Source: Candidatus Parcubacteria bacterium (GTDB taxonomy: Bacteria; Patescibacteriota; Patescibacteriia; Buchananbacterales; SURF-54). Taken from it: a DNA stretch of 64,000 bases. How positions within the stretch are numbered: the first letter of the stretch is position 1; every line of letters starts with the position of its first letter. Under the pieces are notes generated by a model. The model had not been told where the DNA came from. It saw only the letters and a program-made list of their open reading frames with translations, and did not search any database. Below are positions 34,957-42,046 of this stretch, piece after piece. A program made the position numbers and the translations under genes. Location: positions 12,722-76,721 of the forward strand of contig QZIX01000012.1 of NCBI GenBank assembly GCA_003599635.1, written 5' to 3'.

Positions 34957-37524
34957 ATGGGTTTTGTCAAAATCAATTTTATTTCACTAAGAAGAAAATT
35001 CGTAAAATCAATTGGCACAGCACTTTTGATAATGTTTTTTATTCTTTCACAGGTAAATTTAGTTGATGCTTTTGAAGCTCATACTGTCAGTGTTCAGGCG
35101 TTGGTTACTCAGAGAACCTGTAATTCAAACAATTATTCAGTTGCGGGATACGTTTTTAAAGACAGCAATCAGGACAAACAAAAAAATCATGATGAAAACG
35201 GTCTGGCGGGAATAATTGTTAAAGCCAGCAAAATTTACAATTCCAGGCATGATTATAATAATGACAATTCAAACAATGAGGAGGACGTCTTGTATCTGAA
35301 AAAAATCGCAGCCGGAGAAGAAATTTGCCCGGGCGGCAAAATATGCAATTTTAACAGCGATACCTGGATTGACAGCGAAGATATAGCCGCCTTTCCGTTG
35401 TATCCGATTGATTTCGGCAACCAGCTGACTGATATGCAAGGTTATTTCGAGTTTTCTTATCTTGATTATGGTACCTTTTCGTTTCAAAGCGAGCCGACAG
35501 ACGCCAGGATAAAAATTGAAAACAGCAAGCCCGTAACCGTTAATCTTAACTGCGGGACAAATATCATAAATTTTGCCGTGGATTATGAAAATCCTGATTT
35601 TTGCGGTGACGGTATTAAAGAGGAAAATGAACAATGCGACGACGGAAATTTAGAAAATCTTGACGGCTGCTCCGGCAGCTGCGAAATTGAAAATATCTGC
35701 TTGCCGGACAAAGAACTTATAAAAAACGGCAGCTTCGAATTGCCGAAAGCCGATGAATTTTTCAGGTGGTTAATTGTACCCGACAACAGCAAAGATTTTT
35801 TCTGGCACGTGGAATGGTTGTCTGAAATTCCTGATTTTTTTAATCTGCAAAAGCGACCGGAAAAAGCCAATCTGGAACTGCATAAAAAATTAAACGGCTG
35901 GGCTGCCGATGACGGGCTGCAGTATGCGGAATTAGACAGCGATTGGGACGGGCCTGAAGGAAAAATTTCAAACGAACCCGCATCTATAAAAATATACCAG
36001 GATATTACGACAGTACCGGGAAATACTTATGTTGTAGGATTTTCCTTTTTGCCCAGACCCGGCACAGTTACATCAACAAATGCCTTAGCCTTTGAAGTTA
36101 ACGGTGAAGCGGTCAGGAAAATATTGCCGTCAGTTGCCGACAGAAGCTGGCAAAAATATCTATCTGTTTTTACCGCTACAACCACTATTTCCAGAATTCA
36201 GTTCGTCGATGAAGGACGATCAGATTCATTTGGAACATTTTTGGATGATGTCACTGTTAAGTGCCTGCCCCAGAACGATTCATGTCAGGATGCTGACAAT
36301 GACAAATTTTTTTACGGCTCAGGATGCCATCCGTCTGATTGCGATGATAAAAACGACAGGATAAATCCGCAAGCAGAAGAAATATGCGGTAATTTTACAG
36401 ATGATGACTGTGACGGCAACGCAGATTGCTATGACGAAAACTGCCAAGAAAGTCGTTTTTGCGTGCAGCCGTTTTGCGGAAATGACATACCAGACGAAGG
36501 GGAGGACTGTGACGACGGCAATATTTTAAACGGTGATTTTTGCAGCAATAAATGCAAATTCGAACCCAAGTCGGTCGTAATCAACGAAATTTTTCACAAC
36601 GTCGACAGCTGTCACGGAAGTTTAAAAAAATTCCAATGGCTGGAACTATACAACAACAGCGATTACGACGTCAATTTAAAAAACTGGCATATAACTTTGG
36701 GACAGAAAACATCAATTTTAGCGGATGAAGATAAAATTCTCAAAAAACACGAATTTGCCCTGGTTATCGCCGACCACGATACCAAGACATTCTGGAATAT
36801 ACCCGAATCGACACTGTATCTGACCTTGCTTGACGGATTTAATCAGGAATTGGATGTGTTAAGCGGTAAAGCGAGTTTATCTGATTCTGATGACCGGAAA
36901 ATTGATTCAATCGGCTGGGAAAAAGACGACGGAAAAGAACTGGTTTTAATACAGCCGGGAAAATCCTTAAGCCGTTTTCCGGCAGGAAACGACACCGACA
37001 GCAGCGATGATTTTTTTGTCCAGAATTTTCCCAGTCCGGGCAGGGAATCATATTCGTTTACAGACGAGGGTTTTCCGGAAGGATATCTTCCCATTTCAAA
37101 AGAAGTTAACGACTGTTTGACTGATAAAAACGGGCGCCTTGGTAATTTAGCTGACAAAATTTTTGATTATTTTTCAGCTGACAGCGAAAATTCAGACAAC
37201 CTTGTTCAGGAAAATGAAAAAGTAGCAGCAGAGTTTAATTTAAAAAATGCAGAAGCTGAGAAGTCCGTAGCAGTTCAGGAAAAAGAAATTACAGAAGGTT
37301 TAAGCGCAACTACTTCCGAGGCAATTGAAAATATCGATAACGCAGAGGACAGAAACAATTTAAGGAATAAAAAAGTAACGGCTGAACCTGAAGATGAAAA
37401 CAATTCACGGGAGGATGAGAGTAGCAGAAATTTATTTAAGGAAAAAAGAAATTTCAAAAAAGAAGAAAATGATGCTGATCTGACAGTCGGGAATTTATCG
37501 GCACCAGAAGATACGGATGAATAA
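34957..37524 (+). CDS. Secreted multidomain adhesin-like protein E (855 aa) with the same AFE.H N-terminal motif
   Basis: h-region followed by LVDAFEAHTVSVQALV. SdrD-B/Cna-B-like GYVFKDSNQD..ENGLAGIIVKA. Dockerin/EF-hand-like DYNNDNSNNEED. Two Cys-rich repeats (FCGDGIKEENEQCDDGNLENLDGCSGSCE, FCGNDIPDEGEDCDDGNILNGDFCSNKCK). DUF642-like NGSFELP region. DCDDKNDRINPQAEEICGNFTDDDCDG metal-binding-type motif. Lamin-tail-like VVINEI...WLELYNNSDYDVNLKNW. Charged tail. Confidence 0.85.
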   Translation: MGFVKINFISLRRKFVKSIGTALLIMFFILSQVNLVDAFEAHTVSVQALVTQRTCNSNNYSVAGYVFKDSNQDKQKNHDENGLAGIIVKASKIYNSRHDYNNDNSNNEEDVLYLKKIAAGEEICPGGKICNFNSDTWIDSEDIAAFPLYPIDFGNQLTDMQGYFEFSYLDYGTFSFQSEPTDARIKIENSKPVTVNLNCGTNIINFAVDYENPDFCGDGIKEENEQCDDGNLENLDGCSGSCEIENICLPDKELIKNGSFELPKADEFFRWLIVPDNSKDFFWHVEWLSEIPDFFNLQKRPEKANLELHKKLNGWAADDGLQYAELDSDWDGPEGKISNEPASIKIYQDITTVPGNTYVVGFSFLPRPGTVTSTNALAFEVNGEAVRKILPSVADRSWQKYLSVFTATTTISRIQFVDEGRSDSFGTFLDDVTVKCLPQNDSCQDADNDKFFYGSGCHPSDCDDKNDRINPQAEEICGNFTDDDCDGNADCYDENCQESRFCVQPFCGNDIPDEGEDCDDGNILNGDFCSNKCKFEPKSVVINEIFHNVDSCHGSLKKFQWLELYNNSDYDVNLKNWHITLGQKTSILADEDKILKKHEFALVIADHDTKTFWNIPESTLYLTLLDGFNQELDVLSGKASLSDSDDRKIDSIGWEKDDGKELVLIQPGKSLSRFPAGNDTDSSDDFFVQNFPSPGRESYSFTDEGFPEGYLPISKEVNDCLTDKNGRLGNLADKIFDYFSADSENSDNLVQENEKVAAEFNLKNAEAEKSVAVQEKEITEGLSATTSEAIENIDNAEDRNNLRNKKVTAEPEDENNSREDESSRNLFKEKRNFKKEENDADLTVGNLSAPEDTDE

Positions 37525-37532
37525 TTGTCAGC

Positions 37533-38612
37533 TTGAATATGTCTATACAAAAAATGATTTTGGTACTGTTTTTTTTAACTGCTTTTTTTGTTGCAATTCT
37601 TTTTGACGTTTATAACGTTTTAAATATTAAGGCATCGATTTACCCCGGGATAACAGTCTGGCCGAAAATTATTTCCTATGGCACATCATTTCCAAAAGAA
37701 ATAAGGCTCGCGGTATTTGAAATCACAGAAACAACAAAGTCAGATAATGCCGTATTTTATAAAATTGACAGGCAGAGAAAAGCGCTGCCGGAAATTTACG
37801 ACGGAAACGGAGAGGATCCTTTACTGCCCGGCTATTTACGGAATCTGTGTCCCTATCTTGTAGTAGAGCCGATAAATCCGAAAAAAGAAACAGAGAATGG
37901 CACGTATCTTTTGGATCAGGCAAAAGCCAGATGGTCGGTAAACTTTTTTGTTCCGCCGATAAACGGTCAGTCGTCGCAGACTTATTTAGGTGTGCCGGTA
38001 AACGGGGCTGGGGATTACGGCTGCGACCTGGTTTTAAATTTTGAATCCACGGACGGAAAGGCGCATGAAAGCGAGTCTCAAGAAAAAACCCCCGCTCTTG
38101 GCAGTTTCACCCTGATGCTTATAATCCACAGCGAAAAGACCGAAAACATAACAGCTACGTCTGCTGATGCCGTCTGGCTGACGAATCTGCCGGCAACTAG
38201 CAGGGTGGTTTACGGAACAAAATCATTCAGAACTGAAGAATTGAAAAACGAATACAGTTTTGGTTATGAAAAGAGCACTTTTTTGGACTCAACTGAAGTT
38301 TTAAGCCATAAGCTAAATCTGACGGAACTTCTTCCTGAAACAACATATTTCTGGCGGGCTTTGTCCGGCAGCGGAGAATTAAAAGTGTTTAGCCAAGAAG
38401 TGTCGTTTAAAACCTTAGCAGCAAGCGCACCGAAAGAAAAAGAATCGCTAGAAAAAAAATTTACCGTAGATGAGAGTAAAATAATAAAAGAAAAATCTAA
38501 AAAAAACGGTGAAAAAAAAGCGTATCTTTTGTTCCTGACGGCAAGGGGCAAATTGACACCGGAAGTGCGTTTAAAGCCGATTATGTTTGTACAACCTGCA
38601 CGTCACCGGTAG
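37533..38612 (+). CDS. Protein F as it reads in the assembly: N-terminal anchor/signal with FD.Y motif, Ig-like domain, FN3/purple-acid-phosphatase-N-like domain; 3' end is out of frame after an A8 run
   Basis: TTG at 37533 (ATG alternatives at 37539 and 37554). FN3-like ITATSADAVWLTNLPATSRVVYGT...LTELLPETTYFWRAL is paralogous to 39998-40756. The last 30 codons (AYLLFLTARGKL..) look like non-coding-frame translation. Confidence 0.75.
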   Translation: MNMSIQKMILVLFFLTAFFVAILFDVYNVLNIKASIYPGITVWPKIISYGTSFPKEIRLAVFEITETTKSDNAVFYKIDRQRKALPEIYDGNGEDPLLPGYLRNLCPYLVVEPINPKKETENGTYLLDQAKARWSVNFFVPPINGQSSQTYLGVPVNGAGDYGCDLVLNFESTDGKAHESESQEKTPALGSFTLMLIIHSEKTENITATSADAVWLTNLPATSRVVYGTKSFRTEELKNEYSFGYEKSTFLDSTEVLSHKLNLTELLPETTYFWRALSGSGELKVFSQEVSFKTLAASAPKEKESLEKKFTVDESKIIKEKSKKNGEKKAYLLFLTARGKLTPEVRLKPIMFVQPARHR

Positions 38613-38773
38613 CCGATCCCGTGCAACCGGAAAATGTCGATCAGCTCAATTCAAAAACATCGCAAAAATACCCGGTAGAGGCCGGTAAAAAGCAAAACTT
38701 GACTGATACTTTTAAGAAGTATTGGTGGGTTCCGGTTATAATCTTTACCGCCGCTTTGGGCCTGCTTATCTGA
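38513..38773 (+). other. Out-of-frame (-1) continuation of gene F encoding a linker plus C-terminal TM anchor
   Basis: The frame opening after TGA 38510-38512 reads KKSVSFVPDGKGQIDTGSAFKADYVCTTC...TFKKYWWVPVIIFTAALGLLI-stop (TGA 38771-38773). PDGKGQIDTGSAF matches ADGKGGLVLNTSF at the equivalent place in paralogue I. The switch must occur in the A8 run 38512-38519. Confidence 0.7.
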
Positions 38774-38934
38774 CGCTTAATAAATCCTTAATGTGTCTGT
38801 ATTTTAATGTAAAAATTGAACTTCGACTTTTTATTTCATCGTTTGATTAAATAAAAAGTGGGGGAGGAAATAATTTTTATAACAAGAGAATTTTTTCTCT
38901 CCCGCCATTTTTTTGCCTGTTAAGGATAAATAAT

Positions 38935-39357
38935 ATGATATCGGCTAAAACATTATATTTTATAAAGTTGACGGCGGTTTGTATGCTTTTTATTTTGTTG
39001 TGGCTGACAGCTTTACTAGTATTTGCAGCTGACAAATATGACATAATGGTTAATGTTAAAGCGGGCAACAATGTTGTGGGAGTGAACCCTTTAACCAACG
39101 ATTTTGATTTCGGCGATTTATCGACAAACCTTCGTGCGACCAGGTATATGACCCTGGAAAATAAAAGTGAAAATAAAAGGTACATTGCCATTTTTAAAAC
39201 AGGCGAAATTGGGCAGATGGTTGAAATAAGCAATAATTTTTTTGATTTGGCTCCGGCTGAATCAAAAAAAATCGAATTAAACCTTTACATTCCGCCTTCA
39301 GCCAGAAACAAGGCTTATCGTGGAAAAATTGTGGTGGTAAAACTGCCGATTTTTTAG
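38935..39357 (+). CDS. Protein G: small secreted Ig-like protein, translationally coupled to the signal peptidase
   Basis: Signal/anchor LLWLTALLVFAADKYDIMVNVKAG. Ig-like pattern NPLTNDFDFGDLSTNLRATRYMTLEN. The stop TAG 39355-39357 is 1 nt before the ATG at 39359. Confidence 0.7.
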   Translation: MISAKTLYFIKLTAVCMLFILLWLTALLVFAADKYDIMVNVKAGNNVVGVNPLTNDFDFGDLSTNLRATRYMTLENKSENKRYIAIFKTGEIGQMVEISNNFFDLAPAESKKIELNLYIPPSARNKAYRGKIVVVKLPIF

Positions 39358-39358
39358 T

Positions 39359-39802
39359 ATGCTGGTAAAAAATAAAAAAATCAGAATCGTTATCGGCTAT
39401 TTAGCTTATATAAGTTTTATAGTCGCCGTGGTTGTCGGGACGCCGAAACTTTTAAGCTTCTTGCTCAAGACTGAATATCCGTTGGCGGCGATTACGTCGG
39501 GTTCAATGTGGCCGAAATTAAAAACAGGAGATTTGATTTTAATCGAGGGCATTGATTCAAGCGATATTAATGTCGGAGATATTGTCGTTTTTGTAAATGA
39601 TGAAAAAAATTTTACCATTCACAGGGTTATCGAACTCAATGATAATTCGATTATCACCAAAGGCGATGCCAATAATATACCTGACCAGCCAGTCCCTTAC
39701 GAAATGGTTGTGGGTAAACTCTTACGGATCAACAATGTCGATGTAAAACTGCCCAAACTCGGTTACTTAAGTCAGTCCTTTAACCGGTTATGGGCTAATT
39801 AG
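39359..39802 (+). CDS. Signal peptidase I, archaeal/ER type (S26B, SipW-like)
   Basis: 147 aa with an N-terminal TM. Catalytic Ser box AITSGSMWPKLKTGDLILI, His box FTIHRVI and TKGDANN box, matching SipW/Sec11-type rather than LepB-type peptidases. Confidence 0.85.
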   Translation: MLVKNKKIRIVIGYLAYISFIVAVVVGTPKLLSFLLKTEYPLAAITSGSMWPKLKTGDLILIEGIDSSDINVGDIVVFVNDEKNFTIHRVIELNDNSIITKGDANNIPDQPVPYEMVVGKLLRINNVDVKLPKLGYLSQSFNRLWAN

Positions 39803-39902
39803 CCATCCGTTAAAAAGTAAATGTTATCACAACTTATGAAAATTTTATAATTAAGATTTTATTCTGTAGTTACGGATGTAAACTAAAGAAGTTCAGCAAA
39901 TT

Positions 39903-39933
39903 AACGCCGGCTTATTTTAGCCGGCGTTTTTTT
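39903..39933 (+). terminator. Intrinsic terminator after the signal peptidase gene
   Basis: 10-bp stem AACGCCGGCT / AGCCGGCGTT followed by T7. Confidence 0.8.
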
Positions 39934-39943
39934 GTTTAGGACC

Positions 39944-39973
39944 TTGACAGTGCGGAAAAAATTTTGTTAAGAT
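39944..39973 (+). promoter_or_regulatory. Sigma-70-type promoter candidate for gene I
   Basis: TTGACA (39944-39949), 17-18-nt spacer, TTAAGAT (39967-39973). Confidence 0.45.
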
Positions 39974-39997
39974 TTAAAAACTAAATTTAGATATTTT

Positions 39998-40756
39998 ATG
40001 TTTAAATTATCAGTGAAATTCAGTATAATCTTGGGGATGTTCCTTTTTTTGTTTTTGCCGGGAAGAAAGGTTTTGGCAAATATGGATATAGGCCCTTTAC
40101 CATATATGGGTTTGCACACCGAACAGATAAGCGAAATAACTGAAAATAGCGCAAAAATTATCTGGTTTACCAGTCATAAAGCCACCTCACAAGCAGTTTA
40201 TGGTACAGATTCAATCAAGAATTTATTAGTAAATTTGGATAAAAATTTCGGATATACAAGCATTTCATCGCAAATCGACGGGGATTTGACATACCATGAA
40301 ATCAACCTGATAAATTTAAAGCCGGAAACAGTATATTTTATCAGGGCTTTAAGCTATCCTTCGCCAAAACAATGGAAGAAAACCAATCCGATTTTAGGTC
40401 AGGAAATGAGTTTTAAGACAAAAAAAGCCGCACCAAAGCCTATTTTGTCCGAAAACCAGCCAAAAACCGGACATAGTACCAAAAAACCCGCCAAAAAAAT
40501 AGTGGCTGACGGAAAAGGCGGTTTGGTTTTAAACACTTCGTTTGATGATACTTTAGATGATGAGTTAAGCAAAAATAAAGCCACAGCAACCGACAAAATC
40601 GGAGGGAATCAGGGGATTCTTAACAGCACTGACAAAAATTCAGGTGAAAATAATCAGGAAGCGGATACAGTCAAACCAGAAGTATATTATTTTTTTGGCA
40701 TAGTCATTTTAGCTTTTGGTTTATATTTTTTGCGTCGTTATCAGCAGAAAGTTTAA
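39998..40756 (+). CDS. Protein I: secreted FN3/purple-acid-phosphatase-N-like domain protein with a C-terminal TM anchor
   Basis: Signal peptide (..GRKVLA). ITENSAKIIWFTSHKATSQAVYGTD...LINLKPETVYFIRAL. Lys/Pro/Asn-rich linker. C-terminal VYYFFGIVILAFGLYFLRRYQQKV. Confidence 0.75.
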   Translation: MFKLSVKFSIILGMFLFLFLPGRKVLANMDIGPLPYMGLHTEQISEITENSAKIIWFTSHKATSQAVYGTDSIKNLLVNLDKNFGYTSISSQIDGDLTYHEINLINLKPETVYFIRALSYPSPKQWKKTNPILGQEMSFKTKKAAPKPILSENQPKTGHSTKKPAKKIVADGKGGLVLNTSFDDTLDDELSKNKATATDKIGGNQGILNSTDKNSGENNQEADTVKPEVYYFFGIVILAFGLYFLRRYQQKV

Positions 40757-40831
40757 TTTTTTTAGTTTCTATTTTGAAGATGACGTCAGGTCGTCATTTT
40801 TAAATTTGACAAAATAGTCATTTTATGGTAA

Positions 40832-41968
40832 ATGTATAATATGATGATAAAAAAATCATGGTCAAAAATTTTACGGATGATCGTTGGGTCGGTTTTAGGA
40901 TTATTTATTTACAGCAAAAGAAAAGACATAAAAAAGATTTTTGATGAAATAATTTTTGAAAAAGATCACTGGTTAAAAGCCATAAAAAAAGAAGAACACG
41001 ACTGTGAAAATTTTTTAGTTCGACTAAAAAGGCAGTTTAAAAATAATTTTATTCCGCATCAGGAAAACAATCACTGGCCTCATTTTTTTAAACCCAGGCG
41101 TCTTTTCGGATATGCTCTGCTAATTTTATTCCTTAAATCTTTGACTGTCGGGTTGCTTTTCGCCTATTATCCGTCACCGGCTGAAATGGCAAATATCGTT
41201 ACGGATAAAATTATTGAAATGGCAAATTCCGACAGGCTGAAAAATGACATTGAGCCGCTGCAAGCAGACCGCCTTCTGACTGTCTTTGCCCAGGAGAAAG
41301 CCAATGATATGCTGCAAAGGGAATATTTTTCGCATGACACGCCGGAAGGAAAAAAACCCTGGCAGTGGATAGACAGAAAAAAATACGATTACGTTTATGC
41401 CGGAGAAAACCTGGCCATGGATTTTACTTCCGCTGAATTAATCCATAACGCTTTCATGAAAAGCCCCGGTCACAGAAAAAACATTTTGAATCCGAAATAC
41501 AAAGATATCGGCGTGGCTGTGGCGTCCGGTATGATGAACGGCAGGCAGACAGACATACTGGTGCAGTTTTTCGGAACGTCACGTTCGGAACTTGCGCTTG
41601 TGTCCAAAAAAAACATAAATGATATAGCGCCCAAAGACAAGAGCGTTACCGCTACAAATTCCAGCCAAAAGGTTGCCGGAGAATCAGTTGAACTCGTAGA
41701 AGATCCGGAAACACCCTTAATAGTAATAGGCGCAACGGCAGAAAGGAAAAATTTTGCCGATTTTGTTTTGGAATTTTTTGACATTATTTCGGTCGCTTTT
41801 CTGATTTTTCTGGGACTGGCATTGTTTTTAAACGTATTTATCAAAATTAAGATCCAGCACCCTAAATTGATTCTGCAAACGCTTTCACTTATGGCTTTGA
41901 TTGCGGCATTGCTGGTTTTTAAATTTCACTTCATCGAAAAAGTCGGGACCGACATGCTGATTATGTAA
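40832..41968 (+). CDS. Protein J: polytopic membrane protein with an extracytoplasmic CAP/SCP (PR-1-like, YkwD-type) domain
   Basis: CAP motifs YFSHDTPEGKKPWQWI, GENLA, SPGHRKNIL and YKDIGVAV. Two N-terminal and two C-terminal hydrophobic helices. Start could also be 40841 or 40844. Confidence 0.75.
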   Translation: MYNMMIKKSWSKILRMIVGSVLGLFIYSKRKDIKKIFDEIIFEKDHWLKAIKKEEHDCENFLVRLKRQFKNNFIPHQENNHWPHFFKPRRLFGYALLILFLKSLTVGLLFAYYPSPAEMANIVTDKIIEMANSDRLKNDIEPLQADRLLTVFAQEKANDMLQREYFSHDTPEGKKPWQWIDRKKYDYVYAGENLAMDFTSAELIHNAFMKSPGHRKNILNPKYKDIGVAVASGMMNGRQTDILVQFFGTSRSELALVSKKNINDIAPKDKSVTATNSSQKVAGESVELVEDPETPLIVIGATAERKNFADFVLEFFDIISVAFLIFLGLALFLNVFIKIKIQHPKLILQTLSLMALIAALLVFKFHFIEKVGTDMLIM

Positions 41969-41983
41969 CCGTTATTCTGACAA

Positions 41984-42013
41984 GATACCGTCAACTTTTG
42001 ACGGTATTTTTTT
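41984..42013 (+). terminator. Intrinsic terminator closing the secreted-protein locus
   Basis: Stem ATACCGTCA / TGACGGTAT followed by T7. Confidence 0.8.
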
Positions 42014-42026
42014 ATTTTGTATTTTT

Positions 42027-42035
42027 TGGTATAAT
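42027..42035 (+). promoter_or_regulatory. Extended -10 element TGGTATAAT for the double-core kinase gene
   Basis: Exact TGnTATAAT. The predicted +1 near 42042 leaves only about 5 nt before the ATG at 42047. Confidence 0.4.
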
Positions 42036-42046
42036 TAATCGCAGAT

